DNA of 64,000 nucleotides from a virus (Duplodnaviria; Caudoviricetes): IMG/VR virus record IMGVR_UViG_3300027874_000010, positions 1 to 64,000 of that record; one strand, 5' to 3'. Shown piece by piece: positions 43,159 to 52,893 of this stretch (position 1 is its first letter; each line of letters starts with the position of its first letter). The notes under the pieces were generated by a model. It saw only the letters and a program-made list of their open reading frames with translations, ran no database searches and was not told where the DNA came from. The position numbers and the translations under genes were made by a program.

Positions 43159-46100
43159 TCGTCGCTGGCCCGTGGCGCTTTTCCAAACACCTTTTTCATC
43201 ACGTCACCCGCCGCTTTCGCGACCGGGTGCTCTGAGCCGAGATAGTACGCCGAGAACGCCTCGGCCCACGCCTCGTCGCGAGATCGCTGCGCGTAGCGCG
43301 AGAAGTCACCCACGTTCTCGGGAGCCAGCGTCTTGGACAGGAAGAAGAAGCTGTTGAACGCCATGCGCTGATCCTCGGTGAAGGCGTCTCTGTTGTCCTG
43401 AATGGCGTTAGCGACCGCGTGGCCGAACTCGTGCACCGCCGTCGAGCCGGGGATCTTCGACTCGGGGTACGAGAAGCCCGTGTCCGCGCCGTCGCGCTCG
43501 TACTTCTCGGCGGGCAGCGGGTCGTTGGGCTGGTAGCCCGAGCCGAAGTGGATGGCCGAATAGCCGAACTCGTTGCTGCTGGTCGCCATGATCGCCTGCG
43601 GGTTCTCGCGCATGTAGTCCTTCATGTCCTTGGTGCGCGGCTGGCCGACCTGAAGCAGCATCTTGCCGACCTCGGGGTACTGGTTGGAGAGCTTGCCCAG
43701 GAACTGCGAGACGGGCACGAGTTGGCGCTTCAGATAACTGTCGTAGTCCACCCGTGCGCGCGGGTTCGGCAGCGTGCCCTTGAGTGCCTTGGCGATCTGT
43801 GCCTGACTCCACTTGGTAGCGTCGTTCTGGCCGTACGGACTCTCTGGCCCGAGCGCAGCGGGCGGGTTCTTGAGTGGCGCGTCGAGCGCCGCGAACTTGG
43901 GCTTCGGAGCGCCGCCGCCGCCGCCTGAAGTCCAGCGACCACTGTCGTCGCGCGGCTGATCCGGGTCGTACGCCTTCGTCTCTAGATCTGCCCAGGTCGT
44001 CTTGGTCTGGAACAGCGCTGCGCCATTGGGAGGTGGCCCACCGCCGCGCCGCTTGCTGTACGCCTGGGCGCTGACTTCATCCTTGCCGCCCAGGAGCACG
44101 ACCTCCTTCTCAGGTTTGCAGCCGAAGCCGCTGTTCATAGTTGAGAGGATGCGACTGGCCGGTACCTTCGCGGCCATCATCGCGCCCTCGTGCTCACCCG
44201 CAAAATTCGCGGCCTGCTTGAACGAGTAGGACCACGACGACGCCGGCTGCTGTGCCGTTTGCACCACGGCAGGCTTGCCGTTGAACTTCATCCCCGTCTC
44301 ACGCTGTAACGCCGCCACGGTTTTGCCAGCGCTGAAGTTCAAACCTCGGTACACGGTCATCTCGGTGATGCCTTTTGCAGCCAGGTCCGCCTGGGTGTTG
44401 TCGTACATGGCGCGAGCAAACGCTCGGTAGGCGGCACCATTCTGCTGGTACTCCTGCTCGACCCTCGCCTGGGCGTCACGTCCCTGGTAGGCAACACGAG
44501 CATCGAGGTGCTCGGTGGTCGCGTCCTCCAGGCCGAACTCGTCCTTGATGGCCTGCTGCATAGCGATGGCTCGGACGTTGGTGTCGCCCGAGGTTTCCGC
44601 CCACCCGTGAACAAGCCTGGCAGTTTGGTTCACACGGTCCACGTCGTCCATTTGGCGTGACGGCAGGCCAGCACGACTGGCACGGCCCTCATCGAGGAGC
44701 CGCTGCACGTACTCGTTGAATGGGGCACTGTCCTTGAGACGGTTGCCTAGTTCCCACGAGATGCGCTCCTTGTATTCGTCGCGACTGGACCTGGGATTGA
44801 ACAGCGCCTTGTTCGCCGCCTGCTCGTCGGCCCTGGCCGCATTGACTGCCGTGCGGCCCATGCCGAGCGGGTCGTCGGGCGCGGAGGGCGCACCAGTAGC
44901 TTCCCATCGCCCGCGCTCGTCACGCGCCTGGTTGGGGTCGTACTCCTTCAGTTCGAGCAGCGCCCAGGTCTTGTGCGAGGGCAGCGCGCTCGGCAGCGGC
45001 GGACCGTCGTAGGCGTGGTAGGCATCCATCACGTCCTGGCTGTAGGTCTTGCCGTTGAGCATCCCGGTGTACGTCTCGGCCACGAACTCGGCTGGCTCGG
45101 TCGCCGCGTAGCGCGAGACTTGTGCGGCAGCGGCCCGGTGCGCCGGGTTCGCCCACGGCTCGTGTGCGTCGTGCTCCTTGCCCAGGCTCTCCTCGTGCAC
45201 CGCGTGCTGCAAGTGCGCCAACTCGTGGGTCATCACATGCGCGGGGTCACTATCCGACCAGGCGTGCGAGTTGGCCTGATCCTGGGCGGTCGCCTTCGCG
45301 TTCGACCAGTCGCCGTTGCGGTTGACCGCCAGGTAGTCGCCGCCACGGTTGTAGCTCGCCAGCGTGTCGCGGTCGGCCATCGACTCGACGGCCACGCTCT
45401 TGGGCATGACCATCGACGGGTTCTTCTCGGTGATGTCGAACAGTTGCCGGTTGGCCTCGTTCGCAATGGGCAGATCGCCTTGCTCCTCGAAGTGCGGGTA
45501 CTTGATGCCAAGGCCCCTGGTGAACTGCGCGGCGTCCTCCAGCGACTTCGCCGGAGCGAACGCGGTTGGGCGCGGGATGACCTCCGGCTCGGGCGGCTTG
45601 TAGTCGGGCGGCAGGATGCTGCCCTTGACGTGGATCACGTCCGGGTTGATGTCGGGAGCCTCGCTGACGAGGATCTTGTCTCCTGGCTGGACGTTGCCCG
45701 GCACGTCGTACACCACACGGACGCTGATACCCGGGATGGCGGCGGATTGCGCTGCGGTGTGGCGCTCGGCCTCCTCGGGCGTGCCGAACGCCTTCGCGCC
45801 GCTCGGGATGGTGTGGACCGAGCCTTTGTCGAGCAGCATCACCGCCGACAGCGCGTGCGGATCGCTCAGCGGGATCGCTTGGCCCAGGTGCGTCCATCGC
45901 CCCCGCTCGTCGCGCGGCTGGCTCTCGTCGTACGCCTTCGTGAACCAGTGCCGCAGGGAGGCAACCAGTTGCAGGGCGAGCTTGGTGTGGAAGATCTCGC
46001 TGGCCCCGTGCGGCGCGCCGGTTGGCGTGTTGCCCCAGGCTTGCGCCGCCACCACGTCGTCGGTGCTGCCGAGCACGACAACCTCGTCCTCGTTCTTGCA

Positions 46101-49100
46101 GCCGATGCCGGTCTTGAGCGTGCTCAGGATGCGAGACGCGGGCACCGTCGCGGCCATCAACGCCCCAGGGATGTTGCGCCCGCCCGAGAATTTGTACGCC
46201 TGACGGAAGCTGTACGCCCAGGATGACGCGGGCTGATTGCCGACCGTCACCTGATGCGGGTTGCTATCGGGCTTGAAGCCCGCCTGCCGCACCATGTCCG
46301 CGTCACGGAATCTGACGCCGCGATACAGGGTCATCTCCTTGATCCCGTCGCGCGCCAGTTCCTCCTGGGTGTTGTCGTACATAGCACGCGCGAACGCGCG
46401 ATACGCCTCGCCGTTCTGTGCGTACACCCTCGCGACGTTGGGGGAGTCCATCGGCATGTGCTCGGTGCGCGCCTTCAGCCCGAACTCCTCGTTGATCGCC
46501 TTCTGCATCGCCACCGCGTTGATGTTGCCGTCGCCCGACGTGCCAGCCCACATCGCGACCAGGCTGTTGACCGCGTGGTGCTGGCGTGTCTCGCCGGGCT
46601 TCAGCAGCGCCGTGGACAGGCTCATGGCGTACTTGCGGAACGCGGGATTGTTCGCCAGTCGCCCCGAGAGGTTCCGCACGATGTCGCCCTTGAAGTAGTT
46701 CGGGTTCAGGTTGTCGTTGTTGAGCGCCTGCTCAGCCGCCTGCTCGCGCGACTGGGCCTCGGCCTGACCCCACTCCTTGGGCGGCGCGGACATGGCGTTG
46801 CCGCCCACCGTCGTCCAGCGTCCATACTCGTCGCGCGGCTGGTTCTCATCGAATGCCTTGAGTTCGAGCCAGCGCACAGCGGTCTTGGTGTTCACCACAT
46901 CCTCGGGGAAGCTCGGCGGGCCGTTACCGTTGGCTGACCAACTGAACGCGGCCACGTCGTCCTTGCCGCCCAGGACCACGACCTCCTTCTCGTCTTTGCA
47001 CCCGAAGCCGGTCTTCATGGTCGAGAGGATTCGCGAGGCGGGTACCGTCGCCGCGATGACCGCGCCGTGCGTATCCGAGCCGCCCGCGAAGCCGGAGGCC
47101 ACGTCGAAGCTGTACGCCCAGGACGACGCGGGCTGCTCGTTCACCGTCGCCGGGTGCGACTTGTCGTCGTACTCGAAGCCCATCGGCGGGTTGTCAGGCC
47201 CGAACTGGAGGCCACGGTACAGCGTCATCTCGCTGATGCCCTGGCGCGCCAGTTCCTCCTGGGTGTTCTGATACATCGCCCGCGCGAACGCGCGCAGGCC
47301 CGGCCCCTGCTCCCTGTACTCCTTGCGCGCCTCGAACTTCAGGTCCGCTGCGCTCTTGTCCCACGATGGTCCGCTGAGCAGATGGTCCATGCGGGCGTCG
47401 TTCAGGTGGAACTCGTCGCGTATGGCCTGCTGCATGATGACCGACTGGACGTTGTTGTCACCCGAGCTATTGGCCCACTGCGCGATCAACCCCGACGCCG
47501 TGTCTACGGGGCTGGAGGTGCCAAAGCGCTTCTCGCCGTCAGCCAGGTACTTCTCCCAGTCGGGGTTGCCCTGCAGCCGATACGCGAGATCCTTGCTCAG
47601 GCGCTCCTTGTACTCCGAGGCCGAGTGGGAATCGAACTGGCTGTCGATGGCCGCATCCGCGACGTTCTCGCGTCCGATGAGCGTGGAGCCTGACTCCTTG
47701 GCTGGAGCCTTGAGCGCATCCTCCTCGGCGTTGCCCTCAGCGGTCCAGCGGCCGGCGGCATCGCGCGCCTGGTTCGGGTCGTAGTCCTTTGTCTCCAGGG
47801 ATCTCCAGGCGGTCTTGACGTTGAACAGTCCCTCGGGACTGAGCGGGCGTCCGGAGAGCTTGCTCCAGGCTTGTGCGGCGACCTGATCGTTACCGCCCAG
47901 GACCACCACTTCGTGTTCCCGCTCGCACCCGATACCCGAGTTCAAGGTGCTCAGGATGCGACTGGCGGGCACCGTTGCCGCCAGCATCGCGCCCCGCGAG
48001 TCGAAGTGACCATGCAGCGCACTCGCGGCCTGCGTCACGACGCCAGCGATGGTCGCGCTCCCAAAATCGTAGGACCACGATGAGGCGGGCTGCTGGCTGA
48101 CCGTCGTCGCGTGGGGTTCACCGTCGAACGTCAGGCCAGGGGGAGTCTGAGAGCCGAAGCTCATGCCGCGATACAGGGTCATCTCCTTGATGCCCTTTGA
48201 AGCGAGGTCGGCCTGAGTGTTGTCGTACATCGCCCGCGCAAACGCGCGGTAGGCCGCACCGTTGGCCTCGTAGTCGGGTCGCGCCCCTTCAATGCCCAGG
48301 TGATCCGTCACGGCGTCCTTCAGTCCGAACTCGTCGCGGATCGCCATCTGCATTGCCACGGCCTGCGGTCGGTTGTCACCCGAGGACTGCGCCCACAACT
48401 GGACCAGCGACGACGCCGCCGTCTCGGACTGAGTGGGCACGTGCGCCCTGAGCACGTCGTACATCACCACCCTGGGCGGAACGGGATGCGCTCGCGTCAG
48501 GTACTCCTTCCAGGCGGGGTTGTCCTCAAGTCGGTCGCTGAGTTCCTTGGCGATGCGGACTTTTTCCTCGGGCCGCGAGGTCGAGTGGTCGTTGAGCGCA
48601 CGGTCGGCTTCGTCCCGCCGCGCGTGCGCCACGATTTGCTCCTTGGACCAACCAGGCTTGCCGAAGGCTTCGATGGCCGAGGCTGTGGGTGCGCCGGTCG
48701 CCGCCCACCGTCCGCGCTCGTCGCGCGCCTGGTCCGGGTCGTACGCCTTGAAATCAAGCGATAACCCGTTATCGGCCCAGGTCTTGGTGTGGACCAGATC
48801 GCCCGGCTCGGACGGCGGGAAGCCGTGGTTGGCGTACCAGGCCCACGAGTTGACTTCATCCTTGCCACCCAGGACCACGACCTCCTTCTCGTCCTTGCAA
48901 CCCCACCCCGAGTCCATCGTGCTCAAGATCCGTGAGGCGGGCACGGTCGCGGCGAGCATCGCGCCGGTACCGCTCTCGGTCGGCGCGAAGCCGCTGGCCT
49001 GGTGGTAGCTGTAGGACCACGACGAGGCGGGCTGCTCGACGGTGGTGACCGCGTGCTCGCGGCCGTCGAAGATCAGACCCGTCTTCGGATCCGGGATGGT

Positions 49101-51833
49101 GGGGTGCGGCGTCACGCCGCCGACGCCGGTATCGAAGCTCATACCGCGATACAGGGTCATCTCGGTAATGCCTTTTGCAGCCAGGTCCGCCTGGGTGTTT
49201 TCATACATCGCCCGCGCGAAATCGCGGTACGCCTCGCCCCTGATGGCGTACTCCTGGCGCATCTCCTCCTTCAGGCTGGCCGCGCTCGTTCCACTCGATT
49301 CCCAGGACTGGCCGCTGAGCAGATGGTCAGTCGTCGCGTCTTTCAGCCCGAACTCGTCCTTGACAGCCTGCTGCAGCGCCGCCGGAATCACGTGGTTGTC
49401 GCCTGATGAGCCGGCCCAACTCTGGATCAGGTTGGACGCAGCCCAGGCACGCTCGGCAGCGACACTCCTGGCAGGCGCTTCCATCGGCTCGCTGCCCGAC
49501 CAGTTCTGGTACGGGTGCTCGCGGAACGCCTCGGCCTGAGAGTGCGCGTAGTCGTTGAAGGCGGCACTGCCCTCCAGTCGATCCCCGATCTCCTGGGAGA
49601 TGCGCGCCTTGTACTCCTGCTTGGAGGCGCTCATGTCGTTGATCGCCTCGTCCACTTGGTTGTGCGCCGTCTCCGCTGCCGCCGTGCCCGCCGCCGGACT
49701 GCCCGGGAAGTACGAGCCTTCTTCGGGGTTCGGCAGGCTCGGCGTGCCGGTCGCCGCCCACCGTCCGCGCTCGTCACGCGGCTGGCTCGGGTCGTAGTCC
49801 TTGCGCTCCAGGGGGAGCCATACTGTCTTGACGCTCAACAGCGGCCCGGTGCTCTTGGGTGGACCGGCACCACCCGCGTCCCACGCCTGGGCAGTCACTT
49901 CATCTTTGCCGCCGAGCAACACCACCTCGCGCTCGGGCTTGCAACCAAAGCCCGAGTTCATGGTTGAGAGGATGCGACTGGCGGGGACGGTCGCCGCCAT
50001 GACCGCACCCGGGTAGCTGCTGCCAGCTTCGGACGAGAACGTCGTGGCCTGGGAATAGGCGTACGCCCAGGACGAGGCCGGCTGCTGCACCACCGTGGTG
50101 CGGTGCGGCTCGCCATCCCCCTGCAGGCCGGCTGGCAACTCGGCATCGCGGGCGAAGTGCATCCCGCGATAGATGGTCATCTCCTTGATGCCCTTCGCCG
50201 CCAGGTCTGCCTGGGTGTTGTCGTACATCGCTCGCACGAACGCGCGGTAGCCATCCCCGAACGTGCCACCCGAGAGGCCGGTGGACTGGTTCGAGAAGTC
50301 ACTGGCTCGACTGAGGTCCGTCCGGCCCACGTGGTCCATCGTCGCGTCCTTCAGGCCGAACTCGTCCTTGATGGCCTGCTGCATGGCGACCGAGGCGCTG
50401 CTGGAGTCCATCGAGGTGTTGGCCCATCCCTCGATCAGTTGGCTGACCAACTTCTCCGACGCCGCCGGACCGGTCGATGCGCCCACGTAGTCGCGGAACT
50501 TGACCCACCGTGGATCTTTGTTGGCGCGGACGGCGATCTCCTTGGCGATGCGCGCCTTGTACGCCTCGCGTGTGGCACTCTGGTCGTTGAGCGCGGCCTC
50601 GGTCGCTTTGAGCATCGCCTGCCCGGAGTCCTTGCCCGTGTCAGGCGCGCGAGTCACGTCGCCCGCGCCCACCGTCCAGCGACCGGATTCGTCGCGCGGT
50701 TCGCTCTCGTCGTACGCCTTGAATTGTCCAGCGCGTTGGACAGTTTTTCTGCGCGGGTTGTACTTGGCTCCTGGGCGCGACAGCATGCCCGCGATTCGCG
50801 GACCGTCGCCTTTGCCGAAGAAGTTGCCCGCGCCCGTCCACGAGTTCACCGTGTCCTGTCCGCCGAGCACGACGATCTCGTTCTCGTCCTTGCAGCCCAT
50901 GCCGCTTTTCATCGTGCTCAGGATGCGTTCGGCCGGCACCGTCGCGGCCATGACCGTGCCCACGACGCCGCCCGAGAAGGCACGCGCCACGTCCGGGTTG
51001 TAGGACCACGACGACGCGGGCTGCTGAGTGACCGTCAGCGTCTCGGTGGCGGGCACGTCCTGATTCAGGCCGAAGCCTGCGGCGTGGGCGTCAGACGAGC
51101 GATCCCAGGACATGCCGCGATACAGCGTCATCTCCGAGATCCCCTGGGCCTTCAGTTCAGCCTGAGTGTTGTCGTACATCGCCCTGGCGAACGCGCGATA
51201 CGCCTCGCCGTTTTTGGCGTAGTCCCGCTCGGCCTGCTCCATCGTGCCTGCCAGGTCTTCGCTCAGGAAGTGCTCGGTGCTGGCGTTGGTCAGCCCGAAC
51301 TCGCGCTGCACGGCGAGTTGCATCGCCACTGCCTGGCGGTCGCCGTCACCCGAGGTGCCCGCCCACTGGTTGACGAGGATGCTGACGCCGGTCTTCAGCG
51401 GGTCGGCCTCGCGGTCCCACATCGGCTTGAGCATCGGGTTGTGACGACCCGTCGCGACCATCTCTTTGAAGGCCGCGTTGTCGCGCAGCCGCGTGGCGAT
51501 CTCGTCGGTAATGCGCGCCTTGTACTCCTCGGCCTTGGCGTTGGGATCGTTGAGCTTGGCGTCGGCCTCCGCGACACGCTCATTGACGCGCTCCTCGCTG
51601 GCGCGCTTGGGCTGCGCCGTACCACCGCCCGAGTCCGTCCAGCGCCCACCTTCGTCGCGCGGCTGAGACGGATCGAAGTCCTTCTTCACCCACACGCCGC
51701 TGCGATTTTCCAGAAAGCTAAATTTTCGGAGCTTGGTGGTCGGCCGCTGCTCCTCGGCCGCGAGGTCCGCCCAAATCTTGTCGAGGATGGCCTCGTCCTC
51801 GGGCGTGGTGTCGTACGGCGAGCCGACGCTCAC
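43155..51833 (-). CDS. 2892-aa polyprotein: 7 ADP-ribosyltransferase modules plus 2 zincin modules
   Basis: 7x MT(L/I/V)YRG...QPASSW(S/A)...ExE; HELAH and HEFGH; 9x PRDxxGRW-type headers. Confidence 0.9.
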   Translation of the reverse strand: MSVGSPYDTTPEDEAILDKIWADLAAEEQRPTTKLRKFSFLENRSGVWVKKDFDPSQPRDEGGRWTDSGGGTAQPKRASEERVNERVAEADAKLNDPNAKAEEYKARITDEIATRLRDNAAFKEMVATGRHNPMLKPMWDREADPLKTGVSILVNQWAGTSGDGDRQAVAMQLAVQREFGLTNASTEHFLSEDLAGTMEQAERDYAKNGEAYRAFARAMYDNTQAELKAQGISEMTLYRGMSWDRSSDAHAAGFGLNQDVPATETLTVTQQPASSWSYNPDVARAFSGGVVGTVMAATVPAERILSTMKSGMGCKDENEIVVLGGQDTVNSWTGAGNFFGKGDGPRIAGMLSRPGAKYNPRRKTVQRAGQFKAYDESEPRDESGRWTVGAGDVTRAPDTGKDSGQAMLKATEAALNDQSATREAYKARIAKEIAVRANKDPRWVKFRDYVGASTGPAASEKLVSQLIEGWANTSMDSSSASVAMQQAIKDEFGLKDATMDHVGRTDLSRASDFSNQSTGLSGGTFGDGYRAFVRAMYDNTQADLAAKGIKEMTIYRGMHFARDAELPAGLQGDGEPHRTTVVQQPASSWAYAYSQATTFSSEAGSSYPGAVMAATVPASRILSTMNSGFGCKPEREVVLLGGKDEVTAQAWDAGGAGPPKSTGPLLSVKTVWLPLERKDYDPSQPRDERGRWAATGTPSLPNPEEGSYFPGSPAAGTAAAETAHNQVDEAINDMSASKQEYKARISQEIGDRLEGSAAFNDYAHSQAEAFREHPYQNWSGSEPMEAPARSVAAERAWAASNLIQSWAGSSGDNHVIPAALQQAVKDEFGLKDATTDHLLSGQSWESSGTSAASLKEEMRQEYAIRGEAYRDFARAMYENTQADLAAKGITEMTLYRGMSFDTGVGGVTPHPTIPDPKTGLIFDGREHAVTTVEQPASSWSYSYHQASGFAPTESGTGAMLAATVPASRILSTMDSGWGCKDEKEVVVLGGKDEVNSWAWYANHGFPPSEPGDLVHTKTWADNGLSLDFKAYDPDQARDERGRWAATGAPTASAIEAFGKPGWSKEQIVAHARRDEADRALNDHSTSRPEEKVRIAKELSDRLEDNPAWKEYLTRAHPVPPRVVMYDVLRAHVPTQSETAASSLVQLWAQSSGDNRPQAVAMQMAIRDEFGLKDAVTDHLGIEGARPDYEANGAAYRAFARAMYDNTQADLASKGIKEMTLYRGMSFGSQTPPGLTFDGEPHATTVSQQPASSWSYDFGSATIAGVVTQAASALHGHFDSRGAMLAATVPASRILSTLNSGIGCEREHEVVVLGGNDQVAAQAWSKLSGRPLSPEGLFNVKTAWRSLETKDYDPNQARDAAGRWTAEGNAEEDALKAPAKESGSTLIGRENVADAAIDSQFDSHSASEYKERLSKDLAYRLQGNPDWEKYLADGEKRFGTSSPVDTASGLIAQWANSSGDNNVQSVIMQQAIRDEFHLNDARMDHLLSGPSWDKSAADLKFEARKEYREQGPGLRAFARAMYQNTQEELARQGISEMTLYRGLQFGPDNPPMGFEYDDKSHPATVNEQPASSWAYSFDVASGFAGGSDTHGAVIAATVPASRILSTMKTGFGCKDEKEVVVLGGKDDVAAFSWSANGNGPPSFPEDVVNTKTAVRWLELKAFDENQPRDEYGRWTTVGGNAMSAPPKEWGQAEAQSREQAAEQALNNDNLNPNYFKGDIVRNLSGRLANNPAFRKYAMSLSTALLKPGETRQHHAVNSLVAMWAGTSGDGNINAVAMQKAINEEFGLKARTEHMPMDSPNVARVYAQNGEAYRAFARAMYDNTQEELARDGIKEMTLYRGVRFRDADMVRQAGFKPDSNPHQVTVGNQPASSWAYSFRQAYKFSGGRNIPGALMAATVPASRILSTLKTGIGCKNEDEVVVLGSTDDVVAAQAWGNTPTGAPHGASEIFHTKLALQLVASLRHWFTKAYDESQPRDERGRWTHLGQAIPLSDPHALSAVMLLDKGSVHTIPSGAKAFGTPEEAERHTAAQSAAIPGISVRVVYDVPGNVQPGDKILVSEAPDINPDVIHVKGSILPPDYKPPEPEVIPRPTAFAPAKSLEDAAQFTRGLGIKYPHFEEQGDLPIANEANRQLFDITEKNPSMVMPKSVAVESMADRDTLASYNRGGDYLAVNRNGDWSNAKATAQDQANSHAWSDSDPAHVMTHELAHLQHAVHEESLGKEHDAHEPWANPAHRAAAAQVSRYAATEPAEFVAETYTGMLNGKTYSQDVMDAYHAYDGPPLPSALPSHKTWALLELKEYDPNQARDERGRWEATGAPSAPDDPLGMGRTAVNAARADEQAANKALFNPRSSRDEYKERISWELGNRLKDSAPFNEYVQRLLDEGRASRAGLPSRQMDDVDRVNQTARLVHGWAETSGDTNVRAIAMQQAIKDEFGLEDATTEHLDARVAYQGRDAQARVEQEYQQNGAAYRAFARAMYDNTQADLAAKGITEMTVYRGLNFSAGKTVAALQRETGMKFNGKPAVVQTAQQPASSWSYSFKQAANFAGEHEGAMMAAKVPASRILSTMNSGFGCKPEKEVVLLGGKDEVSAQAYSKRRGGGPPPNGAALFQTKTTWADLETKAYDPDQPRDDSGRWTSGGGGGAPKPKFAALDAPLKNPPAALGPESPYGQNDATKWSQAQIAKALKGTLPNPRARVDYDSYLKRQLVPVSQFLGKLSNQYPEVGKMLLQVGQPRTKDMKDYMRENPQAIMATSSNEFGYSAIHFGSGYQPNDPLPAEKYERDGADTGFSYPESKIPGSTAVHEFGHAVANAIQDNRDAFTEDQRMAFNSFFFLSKTLAPENVGDFSRYAQRSRDEAWAEAFSAYYLGSEHPVAKAAGDVMKKVFGKAPRASDE
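48759..48774. repeat. 16-bp palindrome copy 7
   Basis: CGATAACCCGTTATCG in an inter-module linker. Confidence 0.85.
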
Positions 51834-52651
51834 GCGCTCAGGCCCTTGGCCTTGAGGTACGCGGCCATCACCTGGCGACCCTGGGAAGTCGGGTCAGTGT
51901 CCATCGTCATGCCCGTTGGTCCGCCGTGCTCCTTCCAGAACGCCGCGCCGCCGGGCATCTTCATCAGGTTGCTGAGCGTGCCCGCGCCCTTGTACTGGGC
52001 CGGCCAGGTGGGGCGGAAGCCGACCGGAGCGTCGAAGCCGATGCGCGCCCAGGTGTAGTAGCCGTTTTCCTCGGGGTGGAACTCCTTGGAGCCGACGCCG
52101 GTGAGTTGGACCTTGGGCAGGCCAGCCTGGTGCGCTGCCTCGACCGCCCGCGCCATGACCTGCACGCCCTTGCCGGATCCGCGCGCCTCGGGCTTCAGGT
52201 AGATCTGTTCGTAGTGCAGGTACGGGCCGTTCGGCGCACCGTAGGTGCCGTCGCCGTTGTAGATCATGGCGACGGCCTGGTCTTCGATGTCGGGGTGCTC
52301 CGCGACGATGGCTACGCCTGGACCGTGCATCTGGTCATCCCAGTTGACGACCTTGATCTTGGCCCCGTTCGGAGCACCGACCAGTCCCGCGATCTGGTGG
52401 TCCGAGAGATCCCTACCCAGGAGCTTCTGCACGCGCGCGTGCACATCCTTGGCGACTTCGAGCGGACCGCTGCTGCCACCAGCAGTCCAGCGACCACCCT
52501 CATCTCGCTCCTCGGTTTCCCACGCTGCCTTGCGGTTTTGATCCGGCCGAAATAACAAACGCCGGGTAGGGACAATCTCCCCTACCTCGGCGCTAACGAC
52601 CCGCCGCAGGGTCGCCTCCATGTCCAGCAGTGCGGCTCTTGGCTCAGCCAT
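51830..52651 (-). CDS. GNAT acetyltransferase cargo protein
   Basis: IYLKPEARGSGKG (acetyl-CoA loop), NGYYTWARIGF; KAAWETEERDEGGRW header. Confidence 0.75.
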   Translation of the reverse strand: MAEPRAALLDMEATLRRVVSAEVGEIVPTRRLLFRPDQNRKAAWETEERDEGGRWTAGGSSGPLEVAKDVHARVQKLLGRDLSDHQIAGLVGAPNGAKIKVVNWDDQMHGPGVAIVAEHPDIEDQAVAMIYNGDGTYGAPNGPYLHYEQIYLKPEARGSGKGVQVMARAVEAAHQAGLPKVQLTGVGSKEFHPEENGYYTWARIGFDAPVGFRPTWPAQYKGAGTLSNLMKMPGGAAFWKEHGGPTGMTMDTDPTSQGRQVMAAYLKAKGLSA

Positions 52652-52847
52652 AGCGCGGCACGTACTCCTCGACTACCAGCCAGTTGCCGCCGCACGCCGG
52701 ACAGTGCAGTGGGAGCGGGCGTTGCTCGGGTGCCTCGCGTCCGCACATGAAGCAGCGGTACTCGCGCACGAGGTCTTTGTCCAGCCGGCGGCGTACCGCA
52801 GGCACGAGGAAATCGTCGTCCTCCAGAGTCTTGCGGGGCCGGGGCAC
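52644..52847 (-). CDS. zinc-ribbon protein
   Basis: YRCFMCG...HCPACGG. Confidence 0.6.
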   Translation of the reverse strand: MPRPRKTLEDDDFLVPAVRRRLDKDLVREYRCFMCGREAPEQRPLPLHCPACGGNWLVVEEYVPRYG

Positions 52848-52893
52848 GGCTCCAGTGTAGCCCTGCGGTCAATCTCAGAGCATGCGCTAATGC

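Noticed and set aside
41327-43186. ORF-track start at 43186 (619 aa)
   Set aside because: The first 70 codons overlap the 42958-43158 gene and the giant gene's end; real start is likely MDRAE at 42976
43900-51700. Recurrent DNA repeats (e.g. gtcgtacgcctt, gcgctcgtcgcgc) suggesting an array
   Set aside because: Coding repeats of the protein tag and ART cores spaced ~0.9-1 kb apart; not CRISPR-like
44973-52058. Several long plus-strand ORFs (e.g. 44973-46226, 50103-52058)
   Set aside because: Antisense shadows of the ART polyprotein; no motifs
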